A DNA stretch of 32,000 bases from Methanopyrus kandleri AV19 (GCF_000007185.1 NC_003551.1:450001-482000); one strand, 5' to 3'; counted from the first letter of the stretch, positions 1 to 12,208 are shown. Notes: generated by a model from the letters alone, not told the origin. Program-made: numbers and translations.

Positions 1-531
1 GAGGAAAAGCCTCCAACTCAACGACTCGCAGAAAAGCGCGGAGTCTTCGTCACGCTTAAGAAGTACCCGGACGACGAACTGAGAGGCTGCATCGGGTTTC
101 CGGAACCCATCAAGCCCCTGGTGGAAGCCACCGTAGAGGCCGCAATCAGTGCGGCCACCGGCGATCCGCGGTTCCCGCCTATGCGCGACCCTTCGGAGAT
201 GGAGGAGATCAAGATAGAGGTCAGCGTGTTAACACCACCTAAGAAACTGGAGGTCGATAACCCGAAAGAGTACGTCGAGAAAATCGAGATCGGAAGACAC
301 GGTATCATAGTGCGCCGCGGAGCCCGATCGGGGCTCTTGCTGCCGCAGGTACCAGTGGAGGAAGGTTGGGACGAAATAGAGTTCCTGTCTCACGCCTGCC
401 TGAAGGCGGGTTTACCACCGGACTGGTGGTGTTCTCCGGACTGCGAAATCTACGTGTTCGAAGCGCAGGTGTTCGAGGAAGAGGAGCCGGAAGGGCCGGT
501 CCGGGAAAGGGATCTAGCCGAGGAGCAGTGA
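1..531 (+). CDS. AMMECR1-domain protein (5' end outside the window)
   Basis: Frame 1 is open from base 1 (EEKPPTQRLAEKRGVFVTLKKYPDDELRGCIGFPEPIKPL...), so track ORF 121..531 is only the inner part. LRGCIG, GDPRFPP and SGLLLPQV motifs are typical of the AMMECR1 family. Stop TGA at 529-531. Confidence 0.85.
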   Translation, partial: EEKPPTQRLAEKRGVFVTLKKYPDDELRGCIGFPEPIKPLVEATVEAAISAATGDPRFPPMRDPSEMEEIKIEVSVLTPPKKLEVDNPKEYVEKIEIGRHGIIVRRGARSGLLLPQVPVEEGWDEIEFLSHACLKAGLPPDWWCSPDCEIYVFEAQVFEEEEPEGPVRERDLAEEQ

Positions 532-1131
532 ACCGCTGATCCGGAAGGCCTCGAAGGCTTCCGCGTACTTGACACCTATCTCCATCCCACGGAACTCCGC
601 GGTCTTCATCACCATTTCCTCACTGATCGCCCCGCGTTCGACTTGGGAGCGGTGTACCCTGACAGCTTCCAGCTTCTTCTCCAGCACGTCGGTGACGTCG
701 ACGTAAACTACGGGTTGAAACCCCACCGTGGAGGGTCCTTCCCCCATCAGCACGGTCACTTCGGGGAACTTGCTGACGGCCGATGTTACTATTCGAAACG
801 TGCGGCGATGGTCTTGGTGCGTGTCATTGGGGGAGTGTGTGAACACAACGTCTGGCTCGAACTTCGAGATCAGTGCCCGGACGGCATCGATACTCTCGGG
901 ATCGACGGAGATCCTGCCGTCTTCATGGTTCAAGAATTCGACTCGATCGACACCGAGACATTTGGCACCCTCGATGGCCTCACGCTCCCGGACCTCCTCG
1001 TCGCCGCCGTTGTTTCCCTTGCTCATTATTACTTCGATAACTCTGTGCCCCGCGGAGGAAAGCTTACGCACGGTCCCTCCACAATGAACTTCCATGTCGT
1101 CTGGGTGTGCAAATACCGTCATTACGATCAA
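514..1131 (-). CDS. PIG-L/LmbE-family (CE14) N-acetylglucosaminyl deacetylase
   Basis: N-terminal VFAHPDDMEVHCGGT and downstream SPNDTHQDHRRT (AHPDD and HxDH zinc-site motifs of PIG-L/LmbE). No signal peptide. The TTG start at 1129-1131 overlaps the TGA stop of the upstream GT2 gene (TTGA overlap). Confidence 0.8.
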   Translation of the reverse strand: MIVMTVFAHPDDMEVHCGGTVRKLSSAGHRVIEVIMSKGNNGGDEEVREREAIEGAKCLGVDRVEFLNHEDGRISVDPESIDAVRALISKFEPDVVFTHSPNDTHQDHRRTFRIVTSAVSKFPEVTVLMGEGPSTVGFQPVVYVDVTDVLEKKLEAVRVHRSQVERGAISEEMVMKTAEFRGMEIGVKYAEAFEAFRISGSLLLG

Positions 1132-2138
1132 TCATGATCGTCCCCCTCCGAGGCGCGAGTGGTCCTGTACCAAACGTTACCACGGATCGCAAGCCAGATC
1201 AGGCCGTACACGGCGGCCCATTCGACGAAGAACGTCCACATGAACTGACAGGGCATAACCGCGAGAGCCCAGAGTGGCCCTCTACGGTTCGAACATTCGA
1301 GTGCAGCAAGGACCGAGTAGATCATGCGACCGGCGAGAGAGATCAGTATCGTCCATGGATACACCAACGGGAGAATATAAGTGGTGAGGAACGACGCCAA
1401 GAGCGATCCCAGGACGAAGACGGCGAACCCTATTCCGGGAAGGTTCCGAGATCGAAGTGCCTCCGCACAGGCTTGGTACATCCCCGCCCACCAACGTGAC
1501 TGCTGGAAGAAGTTCTCCTTCAGGCTGGCCGGGTCGTCCATCCACACCTCCAAATCAGGTCGGTATACGAACCCGACCTTCCGCCACGTGTGGATAAGAC
1601 CGAGTGTGACGTCCTCCGCGAGATTTTCCGGAAGACCCTCTTCAAGGAGGAACGTCGCCTTGAACAAGGTGCCGGTGGTGAAAACGGGGGCTGACCCGAC
1701 GACGTTCCCCCAGAATGATATCCCAGAACTGACGACGTCGAACTGAAGCCCCACCATCAACCCTGTCAGGTTCCTTCCACAGTAGCGGATTCTACCGAAG
1801 GCTAGGGTAGCGTCCTCCTCGAGCAGCTCACGAATGTAGCGGTCGGAACCGAGCTCGTCCCCGGCGTCGATGAGGAATACGTAGTCGGCGCGGGCACTCA
1901 CGCGCTTCAGGGCGTTGTTAACCGTCTCACCCTTGACGTTGCCTCCCGCCTTCACCACTTCCACGATATCGTCGTCGGCGAACCGCCGCGAGAACCGTCT
2001 GTGATCGTCTTCCGTCCCGGCGGCGATCACCACTTTCTCGATTTCGACGCCCTTCTGCGATAAGACGGAACGGAGAGGTTTCTCCACAGCTTCCACTGAT
2101 TCGTGCTTAGCTGGTATCAGTACGACGATGCGTTCCAA
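1128..2138 (-). CDS. Family-2 glycosyltransferase, membrane-integrated processive-synthase type (QxxRW)
   Basis: VVLIPAKHES start of a GT-A fold, DAGD (DxD), AEDVTL (TED-like) and QQSRWWAG (QxxRW), followed by several hydrophobic helices. The track ORF runs to 2210, but that extension overlaps the carA 3' end. In-frame TTG at 2138 (MERIVVLIPAK) or GTG at 2171 are more plausible starts. Confidence 0.8.
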   Translation of the reverse strand: MERIVVLIPAKHESVEAVEKPLRSVLSQKGVEIEKVVIAAGTEDDHRRFSRRFADDDIVEVVKAGGNVKGETVNNALKRVSARADYVFLIDAGDELGSDRYIRELLEEDATLAFGRIRYCGRNLTGLMVGLQFDVVSSGISFWGNVVGSAPVFTTGTLFKATFLLEEGLPENLAEDVTLGLIHTWRKVGFVYRPDLEVWMDDPASLKENFFQQSRWWAGMYQACAEALRSRNLPGIGFAVFVLGSLLASFLTTYILPLVYPWTILISLAGRMIYSVLAALECSNRRGPLWALAVMPCQFMWTFFVEWAAVYGLIWLAIRGNVWYRTTRASEGDDHD

Positions 2139-2155
2139 CGGGGGTTCCCCGGAGG

Positions 2156-3241
2156 TCAGTGTTCGCGACACATGGCCAGGAACTCGTCGAACACCCACTT
2201 GGTATCCCAAGGACCGGGCCCTGCCTCCGGGTGGAACTGCACGGAAAACGCCGGGGCGTCCGTGTGAACGACGCCTTCGACCGTACCGTCGTTGACGTTA
2301 ACCCAGCGGACTCTCAAGGGCGTGTCTCTGAGACTGTCCGGATCCAGTGCGAATCCATGGTTCTGGGAAGTGATGTAGACTCTATCCTTATCAAGATCCT
2401 TGACGGGCTGGTTCGCGCCACGGTGCCCGAACTTCAGCTTGAAAGTATCGCCCCCCTCGGCGAGTCCGAGGATTTGGTTGCCAAGACATATACCCATCAA
2501 TGGAACCTGACCTATCAGTTCACGGACCGTTTCCACGGTCTCCCTGACGCGTTTGGGGTCGCCCGGTCCGTTGGATACTACGACACCGTCGGGATCGATG
2601 TCCATTATCTCCTGGGCCGAAGTGTCGTACGGGACTACGGTAACGCCGGCGCCGCGTTTGGCCAGCTCACGCAGTATGCTCCGCTTCACACCGCAATCTA
2701 TGACCACGATCTCCGGTTTTCCGTCGGAGAACCGGTATTCCTCACGGACCGAGACCTGCGGCACCAGATCCATCTCCGAGATATGGGGAACTTCCCGCAC
2801 TCGCTCCAGTAGTTCTTCATCGGAAGGTTGGTCGTCCGGTTCGTAGGGTACCAGAACCCCTCTCATGGCACCCTCCGTCCGGATTTTCCTCGTCAGCATC
2901 CGCGTGTCGACGCCCGCGATCCCCGGGACGCCGTGGTCCTGGAGGAATTCGTCCAATGTGATTTCGGCGCGCGGATGGATGGGACCATCGTGGAGGTACC
3001 GCACGACGAAGCCCTCCACTTGCACCCTGTCGGACTCGCCGACTTCCGGTAAGATCCCATAGTTGCCTTGCATCGGGAACGTCATGATTAGGATCTGTCC
3101 GCGGTAGGACGGATCTGTCAGAGCTTCCTGGAAGCCAGTGTGAGAAGTGTTAAACACGACTTCCCCTTCGGCCTCGCGCGGACTCCCGAAAAGTTCGCCA
3201 TGTACTATCGTCCCATCCTCAAGCGCGAGTGCCGCCCTCAA
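2156..3241 (-). CDS. carA: Carbamoyl-phosphate synthase small (glutamine amidotransferase) subunit
   Basis: FNTSHTGFQEALTDPSYRGQILIMTFPMQGNYGI (CPSase small-chain N-domain) and GICLGNQIL...VQFHPE (class-I GATase Cys/His). The track ORF extends to 3361, but the first 40 aa are not CarA-like. In-frame TTG at 3239-3241 gives MRAALALEDGTIVHG, a typical CarA N-terminus. Confidence 0.9.
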   Translation of the reverse strand: MRAALALEDGTIVHGELFGSPREAEGEVVFNTSHTGFQEALTDPSYRGQILIMTFPMQGNYGILPEVGESDRVQVEGFVVRYLHDGPIHPRAEITLDEFLQDHGVPGIAGVDTRMLTRKIRTEGAMRGVLVPYEPDDQPSDEELLERVREVPHISEMDLVPQVSVREEYRFSDGKPEIVVIDCGVKRSILRELAKRGAGVTVVPYDTSAQEIMDIDPDGVVVSNGPGDPKRVRETVETVRELIGQVPLMGICLGNQILGLAEGGDTFKLKFGHRGANQPVKDLDKDRVYITSQNHGFALDPDSLRDTPLRVRWVNVNDGTVEGVVHTDAPAFSVQFHPEAGPGPWDTKWVFDEFLAMCREH

Positions 3242-3303
3242 CCGGACGAACCCTCGGAGTTTCCTAGGATCTTGGTGATAAAAGCTACACCGGGGGGCCC
3301 ACG

Positions 3304-4674
3304 TTGATAAGGGAGCTGAGACCGCTGCTGCGACGGGTGTCGGACGCCAGGATAACGTCACTCAAGAGGGAGTGGGACGAGACCTCTACCAGCGTTTTTG
3401 TACGCGGTGCGATCGAGACGCTACGACATGCACTCAGGCGGACCACCGGGATCAATCCCGAAGCATTGGCGGGGGCCGCGACGGCGAGAAGAGGCGACCA
3501 CGTCGGCCCGCTTCGGAACTTAACTCGGGTGTTGGAGGGTAAGGCCGAACACCTCGAGGTGAGAGCACTCCAACTGTACAAGGCAGCCGCGTGGGACCTA
3601 CTGGAAGCCGAGGAGAAACACTTGGGCCTCGGCGTCGCACTGGACATTAAGGAGGGTAAAGTCGTCGTTCGTCGGAGCCCCGACGTCCGAGAGTACATAC
3701 CGATCTCTCGACGTTACGATCTACCGGACGACCCGCACGAGTTAGCGACGCTTTTAGTGGAACGTTACGACTTGGACTTCGTCTACGTTGCGGACTTGGA
3801 CGCTATTCTACGCGGCGAGCCCGCAGATACCTCAGATGCTCTTGAGTCATTAGAGAAGCCCGTCTTCGTGGACGTGGGGGCGTGTGAACCCGACCTTCCG
3901 AGTCACGCCCACAGGGTGATCCCTACGGAATGCTATGACGACAAGAGCGAGTACATCGAAGATCTAGAGGAGGACGAGAGTGCTGTGGCAGGGCTGGACT
4001 TGAACGGCTCTGAGATCCTCGGCCCCTGGGACGGCGTGGGCGACTTCTTGGACACCGTGGTGGAAGTAGTGTACAGACGCGATCCGGGCGTGCTCGTGAT
4101 CGACGTCGGTGCAGTCGGTTCGAAGGAGGGACCGCCGTACGAGGCCGCGACGTCCGTCGGGATGTACTCTACGGCCCTGATCGGAGGGGGCGTCGGGCAT
4201 CCGGAGCACGTGAAGCTGGCTTTGGGTACTCCCGGCGTTTCGGGCGTTATCCTTGGGACCATACTCTTCGAGGGGGTGGATCCCATGAAGCTGGAACAGG
4301 CGCGCCGAGAGGGTAAGCGACTGCGAGTCCACCACATGGGGTTAGAGGAGGAGTACTTGAACCTCATCAAAGAAGGTAAAAAGACCGTAGAAGGACGCGT
4401 GAAGGACGACAAACGTGCCAGAATAAAGCCCGGAGATAAGATACTCTTCAACCGTAGGCTTCTCGTGAAGGTGATAGACGTGAGAGAGTACGACTCGTTC
4501 GAAGAGATGTTGAGGGAAGAGGGGCTCGAAAACGTCCTTCCGAACGTGGATTCCATCGAGGAGGGCGTGGAGATATACCGGCGCTTTTACTCGAGTGGGA
4601 AGGAGAAAATGTTCGGGGTGCTGGCGATCGAGATCGAACCGATCATGGATCTCTGGGAAGGAATCTGTGACTGA
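3304..4674 (+). CDS. Three-part protein: unique about 105-aa N-terminal region, HisA/HisF-related TIM-barrel domain, and C-terminal ASCH (PUA-like) domain
   Basis: LGVALDIKEGKVVV, FVYVADLDAI, VFVDVGA, LVIDVGAVGSKEG, ALIGGGVG and GVILGTILFEG follow the HisA/HisF strand pattern. The C-terminal MGLEEEYLNLIKEGKKTVEGRV...GDKILF...GVLAIEIEPI looks like an ASCH domain. GC3-rich codons across 3304-3621 support a coding N-terminal extension. An alternative TTG start at 3622 is preceded by GAGGAG. Confidence 0.7.
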   Translation: MIRELRPLLRRVSDARITSLKREWDETSTSVFVRGAIETLRHALRRTTGINPEALAGAATARRGDHVGPLRNLTRVLEGKAEHLEVRALQLYKAAAWDLLEAEEKHLGLGVALDIKEGKVVVRRSPDVREYIPISRRYDLPDDPHELATLLVERYDLDFVYVADLDAILRGEPADTSDALESLEKPVFVDVGACEPDLPSHAHRVIPTECYDDKSEYIEDLEEDESAVAGLDLNGSEILGPWDGVGDFLDTVVEVVYRRDPGVLVIDVGAVGSKEGPPYEAATSVGMYSTALIGGGVGHPEHVKLALGTPGVSGVILGTILFEGVDPMKLEQARREGKRLRVHHMGLEEEYLNLIKEGKKTVEGRVKDDKRARIKPGDKILFNRRLLVKVIDVREYDSFEEMLREEGLENVLPNVDSIEEGVEIYRRFYSSGKEKMFGVLAIEIEPIMDLWEGICD

Positions 4675-4677
4675 ACG

Positions 4678-5478
4678 TCACTCGAGGATGGGGCCTTCAG
4701 GACTGGGGATGAACCCTATCCGCTCCAAGAACTTGTCATCGTATATCAGCTCCACTTCGCCGCCTCGCAGGTACGGTCCTATTTTAGCCAGGACGCCGGG
4801 GGCGTCGACGCCTTCATCGAACACCACTTCGTTCTCCAGAAGCCCCCATCTTTCGATCCGGATGACGCGTCGCCCGAAGCCGGCGCGGTTCAGTATCCTC
4901 TGAAGGCGTTTCCGCGTGATACCGGCTACGATCATCCTATCGTAAGGGTCGGCCGCCATCTCGAGCAGGTATTCGACCTGCTCATCGGTAAGTCTCGCTT
5001 CGATCTCACCACGTTCCTCGTTCACCTCGACGATCTCCACCTCTAGAGGCATGTTCTCGACGAAGCCGAAACTCCTACCGATGTCACGTATCGACGCCTT
5101 CTCACCGTCCAGGAGTTGCTCACGGAGTCTGTAAAGCGGCACGAGCGCGTCCACGACTTCGGGACCTACTACTCCGATGTCGACGTAGATACCGTAGCCG
5201 ACGCGGTACAGGTCCACGATCCGACCGTAGATGACGTCGCCCGGAGAAACGTCGAACAACGATCTCACGGTGTCGAACTCTTCCACGATTTCTTCTGCAG
5301 CTTCTTCCACCTCAGGGCCTCGAATGCGTAACACTGCCCAAGCCCTGAAGTTTTTCCTGATCTCCTCGAGCTCGGCGTCGAAATCAGATATAACGCTTTG
5401 AACCTGGGTGCGGAGTGACTCCTCGGCGCCGCTGTTCCGGTACAACTTTTCCAGTATAGTCACATCCATAACGGGCAC
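4678..5478 (-). CDS. Conserved archaeal hypothetical protein with an S1/OB-like segment (possibly DUF2110-like, unverified)
   Basis: 266-aa ORF with normal codon bias, tightly packed between neighbours. GDVIYGRIVDLYRVGYGIYVDIG resembles an S1/OB strand pair. I recognise no catalytic motif. GTG start at 5478, or ATG at 5469. Confidence 0.6.
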   Translation of the reverse strand: MPVMDVTILEKLYRNSGAEESLRTQVQSVISDFDAELEEIRKNFRAWAVLRIRGPEVEEAAEEIVEEFDTVRSLFDVSPGDVIYGRIVDLYRVGYGIYVDIGVVGPEVVDALVPLYRLREQLLDGEKASIRDIGRSFGFVENMPLEVEIVEVNEERGEIEARLTDEQVEYLLEMAADPYDRMIVAGITRKRLQRILNRAGFGRRVIRIERWGLLENEVVFDEGVDAPGVLAKIGPYLRGGEVELIYDDKFLERIGFIPSPEGPILE

Positions 5479-5482
5479 ACGA

Positions 5483-6004
5483 TCACCACCGGGTTAATTC
5501 GGGAGGTATAGCGTTCAGATCGACCAACTCGTTATGAAGCTCGATCAGGCGCTTGACGGCCGGAGAATCCTCGCCTAATCGTTCAGAGAACTTGCGAACG
5601 ACTACCTTGATCGGGACGTGCTCCGTTCCGAACGTCAAGTTATCGGCGTGCGCCACGATCTTCTCCTCGAGAGTCTCGGGGATGTAATCCTTCGGCGGCA
5701 AACCCAGCTTCTTGGCCTCATCCTTGGGAATACCGGCTCCGATGTGCCTCTCGACGATCCGGACGACCTCCTTCGGGTAACCGAGTTCACTGACTATGTT
5801 CGCGCCCACGACCGCGTGATCTATGCCATGAGTACGGGCCCTGCCGATGTCGTGTAATAACGCCCCGGTGCGTACGAGGTTTAGATCTACGTCTTCTTCG
5901 CATCTTTCGGCCATCTCTTCAGCCAAGCGACAGACGGCCTTGCAGTGCTCGATAACGTGCTCGGGGCAACCTACTCGCTCTAAATCCCTAATGGGGTCCC
6001 TCAA
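5483..6004 (-). CDS. HD-domain metal-dependent phosphohydrolase
   Basis: GALLHDIGR...HGIDH...ERHIGAGI...AHADN is the HD/HDIG motif series. Overlaps the stop of the upstream tfe gene by 4 nt. Confidence 0.8.
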   Translation of the reverse strand: MRDPIRDLERVGCPEHVIEHCKAVCRLAEEMAERCEEDVDLNLVRTGALLHDIGRARTHGIDHAVVGANIVSELGYPKEVVRIVERHIGAGIPKDEAKKLGLPPKDYIPETLEEKIVAHADNLTFGTEHVPIKVVVRKFSERLGEDSPAVKRLIELHNELVDLNAIPPELTRW

Positions 6005-6582
6005 CCGAGCCGTTCCCTGAGCTCCTCCAGCCTTCGGATCTCCACTTTTAGTTCCTCCGCTAGCCGTTCCAGCTCGCGCCGCTCCTCGGTGAGATCCACC
6101 TCTTCCAGCACTTCACCGCACTTAGGGCATCGGAACTCGTGTTCCATAGCCTCCTCGAACGACATTCTAGGGCAGTCATCGTTCCCACAGTGAAACATAG
6201 GATGAGACATGTCATTACTGAGTGCACGCTCGACCTCTTCGAGCTCCCGTCGACGCTCCTCGAGGCACCTCCTGAGGACTTCTCGTAGGTTGAGCCGCCA
6301 GGAGTAAACGGGGTACCGGTACTCTTCTCGACGCTCCTTTCTGAACGTCACAACGCCACGTTCATGGAGCTTGTAGAGCACCTTCCGCACTTCTCTCGGG
6401 TCAACACCCAACTCCTCGGCTATCTCTTCGTCGATAGCCTCACGCTTGAGTATCACATCCACGGTTCTCTTAGCGACTTCAGGGTCCACTCCTTTCTCAC
6501 TGTCTAGGAGCGATAAAGTTACGTCTCTGAGGACCTCCAGATCTTCCTCACCCAGCTCGGCATACACGTTTGAACCCCCCAC
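6001..6582 (-). CDS. tfe: Transcription factor E (TFIIE-alpha homologue)
   Basis: Winged-helix segment VRKVLYKLHERGVVTFRKERREEYRYPVYSWRLN followed by a zinc ribbon FHCGNDDCPRMSF...FRCPKCGEVLEEVD. The alternative GTG start at 6567 is preceded by GGGGGG. Confidence 0.85.
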   Translation of the reverse strand: MGGSNVYAELGEEDLEVLRDVTLSLLDSEKGVDPEVAKRTVDVILKREAIDEEIAEELGVDPREVRKVLYKLHERGVVTFRKERREEYRYPVYSWRLNLREVLRRCLEERRRELEEVERALSNDMSHPMFHCGNDDCPRMSFEEAMEHEFRCPKCGEVLEEVDLTEERRELERLAEELKVEIRRLEELRERLG

Positions 6583-6586
6583 CCCC

Positions 6587-7279
6587 TTACTGGATGCGCT
6601 TCAAGCATGTAATAAATTTGTGTAATCGACGGAACGTGTCCTTACGCGGATGGACTATAACAGCTGAACACTCACCCTCAGCAACCATTTTTGCGGCCTC
6701 TTCGGGCTTTTCGTCGTCGATCGTGTAATTATCGATCCCGATACCCTCGATATACTTCACTTCCAACTCGTCAAGGATGCCCTTAATCCACTCCGGGGAA
6801 CGCGCCCCCACGAGCAAGTCCAAACCCGTCTCCGCCGCAGCCTGACCGAGACCATAGACGACCGAGGGATGCAACTCCGGGCCGAGATCGTCCTTCCAAC
6901 CTCTCCTCGGCACCTTTCCGCGGAAGAGGGCCGTGTGGAGAGGGCCGCAGGTCGTCAGGTACTTAGCACCGTCCACGATGCGCAGTGCGTCGTACACGGC
7001 CTCCTTGATCTTACCCTCCGGGACTCCGGTGGCGAGAGAGGTACGGTGGAGGCCGATGTAGCCAGGGCTGAGGTGAAGGGCCAGCTCGTACCCCTCCTTA
7101 CGTAGGCGCTCGACGTATCGCACGTCGGGATGGTACTTCCGTATACTTCCGGCGATCGACCAGACGATCTTTCCGCCCAATTGTTCGACGCGCCTTCTCG
7201 CCACTTCCACTTCGGAGTCGGGGACCTCCTTCTTGGACGGATGATCGATGAACACCAGGAACTCCGGCAGTCGTAGCAC
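6587..7279 (-). CDS. Hypothetical protein, function not recognisable
   Basis: 230-aa ORF in the same operon-like string as purL and tfe, with ordinary codon bias. I cannot name any motif with confidence. Confidence 0.55.
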   Translation of the reverse strand: MLRLPEFLVFIDHPSKKEVPDSEVEVARRRVEQLGGKIVWSIAGSIRKYHPDVRYVERLRKEGYELALHLSPGYIGLHRTSLATGVPEGKIKEAVYDALRIVDGAKYLTTCGPLHTALFRGKVPRRGWKDDLGPELHPSVVYGLGQAAAETGLDLLVGARSPEWIKGILDELEVKYIEGIGIDNYTIDDEKPEEAAKMVAEGECSAVIVHPRKDTFRRLHKFITCLKRIQ

Positions 7280-7282
7280 CCC

Positions 7283-9457
7283 CTACTCCAAGTAGTGCAA
7301 CGGGGATCTCCACAGCTCTTCCAGCTCCTCTCGATCCAGTGATACGTCCACGGGTCCCACCGAGATCCGCAGGACGCCGTCTCCGGTGACCTCCCCTACC
7401 ACCTGAGCCGGTACACCGGCCTCTTCAGCAGCCCCCAACACATCGTCGGGTCGGTCCGTAGTCACGATAGCCCGACCGTGGCTCTCGGACAACAGCAGGA
7501 AGTCCCACCGTGACACGGAATTCGGGACTTCGGACAGGCTCAGGGAGGCTCCGACAGGTCCCAGTAGCTCGGCTACGGCAGCTAGAAGTCCCCCGGTGGA
7601 CACGTCAGTGACTGAAGAAACCATATTCTTCCTCGCGATACGGCGGAGCAGGTCGTGCAGGGCTCGCTCCTCCCTGTACCTCACGCGTGGTACCTTACCT
7701 CCCTTAATACCATGGTACTCGATGAGGTACAGGGACCCGCCGAGCTCCTCCCGGGTCTCCCCTAAGACTATCACCGCCTCGCCTTCTTCGGGCTCTCGAG
7801 GGAAGTCTTCTAGATAGTCCAATCCCCGGATCACTCCCACGGCGCCTATCACGGGCGTGGGATTCACCGGGCCGTCGACCTCGTGTTCGTTGTACAGGCT
7901 CACGTTTCCGCCGACTACAGGAACCTCGAACTCGCGGGCTGCTTTTCCGAGCCCCTCGATCGACCGGCGAAGCTGGTAATAGACCCGCGGGTTTTCCGGG
8001 CTTCCGAAGTTCAAGCAGTCAACCAGACAGAGCGGCTCCGCTCCGACGGTGGCGAGGTTACGTAACGCTTCGGCGACGCACCCTTCCGTACCCGTTTTCG
8101 GATCGATGAGCACGTGCCGCGGATTCGAATCAGTCGTCAGGGCCAGGGCCACGTCTTCCAGGCCTTCGTGCTGCAACCACATCACGGCAGCATCGTGACC
8201 CGGTTTCACGACGGTGCGTCCTTGCACCTCATGGTCATACTGCCGGTAAACCCACTCGCGAAGCGCCGGCGAAACGTTGGGGGAGCTCAGGACTGAGCGC
8301 ACTAGATCCTCGGGGTCCGGCTCCGGCACGTCCACGTTCTCGGGGTACGAATAAGGCTCCTCCTCCCACTCGACCTCGGGAGCACCGTCGGCCAGGAACT
8401 CGGCGGGAACCCGAGCGATGACGTCGTCACCGTCCTTAACCGTGAGGTAGCCGTCGTCAGTAACCCTGCCGACGACCGACGCCTCGAGACCGTACTTACG
8501 GCAGATCTCTATCACCTCGTCCACATCCTCAGGGGCCACGACGAGCAGCATTCTCTCCTGGGATTCCGAGAGCATGATCTCCCACGGTTCCATCCCCTCC
8601 TCCCGGAGCGGGACCTTAAAGACGTCGATCTCGACGCCGGTCCCCCCGTCGGCGGCCATCTCGGTCGCGGCGCACGTCAGACCGGCGGCACCTAGGTCCT
8701 TGCACCCTTTGACTAGGCCACGCTCGACGGCTTCCCGGATGGCGATGATCAGTTGACGCTCCGTGAACGGGTCGCCGATTTGGACCGCCGGCCTGTCTTC
8801 TTCCTCCGATTCCTCGCCCAGCTCTTCGGAAGCGAAGGCCGCACCGCCGATCCCGTCACGGCCCGTTCGAGCGCCGACTAGTACCAGTACGTCCCCGGGG
8901 CGGTCCGCACGACCTCGTACGATCTCACTCCTGCGAACTATACCCACACACATCACGTTGACGAGGGGGTTGCGCTCGTAAGAAGGATCGAACTCCAGCT
9001 CTCCACCTACCGTCGGGACTCCGATGCGGTTACCGTAATCCGAGATCCCGCGGACGACACCGTCGACGAGGTAGGGGACGCGTTCTCCGTCCAGCGGGCC
9101 GAAGCGAAGCGGATCCAGGAGAGCTATCGGGAACGCTCCCATGGACAGAACGTCTCGGACTATCCCGCCGACACCGGTCGCCGCCCCGTTGTACGGATCT
9201 ACGTAGGAGGGGTGGTTGTGGCTTTCTATACCGACTACTACGGCCCACTCGTCGTCGATGGCGACCACGGCGGCGTCATCGCCGGGACCCACGATGACGT
9301 GATCCGCCTCGCTGGGGAGCTGTCGAAGTAAGTGGCGAGTGCTACGGTAGGCGCAGTGTTCCGACCACATGTTCTCGAACATGGCTCGCTCCGTGGCGTT
9401 GGGGTCCCTGCCTAGTTCCTCCCGGATGAGCTCCAGATCGCGTTCGTCCAACGTCAA
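7283..9457 (-). CDS. purL: Phosphoribosylformylglycinamidine synthase subunit II
   Basis: [26 protein letters not shown], duplicated AIR-synthase-like domains, 724 aa. Confidence 0.95.
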   Translation of the reverse strand: MTLDERDLELIREELGRDPNATERAMFENMWSEHCAYRSTRHLLRQLPSEADHVIVGPGDDAAVVAIDDEWAVVVGIESHNHPSYVDPYNGAATGVGGIVRDVLSMGAFPIALLDPLRFGPLDGERVPYLVDGVVRGISDYGNRIGVPTVGGELEFDPSYERNPLVNVMCVGIVRRSEIVRGRADRPGDVLVLVGARTGRDGIGGAAFASEELGEESEEEDRPAVQIGDPFTERQLIIAIREAVERGLVKGCKDLGAAGLTCAATEMAADGGTGVEIDVFKVPLREEGMEPWEIMLSESQERMLLVVAPEDVDEVIEICRKYGLEASVVGRVTDDGYLTVKDGDDVIARVPAEFLADGAPEVEWEEEPYSYPENVDVPEPDPEDLVRSVLSSPNVSPALREWVYRQYDHEVQGRTVVKPGHDAAVMWLQHEGLEDVALALTTDSNPRHVLIDPKTGTEGCVAEALRNLATVGAEPLCLVDCLNFGSPENPRVYYQLRRSIEGLGKAAREFEVPVVGGNVSLYNEHEVDGPVNPTPVIGAVGVIRGLDYLEDFPREPEEGEAVIVLGETREELGGSLYLIEYHGIKGGKVPRVRYREERALHDLLRRIARKNMVSSVTDVSTGGLLAAVAELLGPVGASLSLSEVPNSVSRWDFLLLSESHGRAIVTTDRPDDVLGAAEEAGVPAQVVGEVTGDGVLRISVGPVDVSLDREELEELWRSPLHYLE

Positions 9458-9522
9458 GCCGAGACCCCTCAGGGAGTGCGTAACCTCGTCACCCTAGGAG
9501 TGGTCGGCAGACAGCGGGTTCG

Positions 9523-12182
<2,660 letters not shown>

Positions 12183-12208
<26 letters not shown>

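Noticed and set aside
3242-3361. 40-codon N-terminal extension of carA in the track ORF (MTLSWRPTPVAAAV...)
   Set aside because: It is not CarA-like and would overlap the divergent 3304 gene and its promoter region. In-frame TTG at 3241 yields a canonical CarA N-terminus.
3500-3620. A stretch resembling the RNase P RNA specificity-domain motifs (GGGTAAGGCCGAACACC..GGTGAGAGCACTCC..CAAGGCAG versus bacterial GGUAAGGGUGAAA..GGUAAGAGCGCACC..GCAAGGC)
   Set aside because: No GGAAAGTCC (CR-I) or ACAGAA-CCGGCTTA (CR-V) elements on either strand nearby. The region has an uninterrupted, GC3-biased reading frame continuous with the HisA-like gene. I treat the resemblance as chance.
9458-9522. Possible regulatory RNA or terminator in the 65-bp gap between the Fe-S oxidoreductase and purL
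   Set aside because: Only weak, short complementarities. There is no oligo-T tract and no conserved motif I can name.
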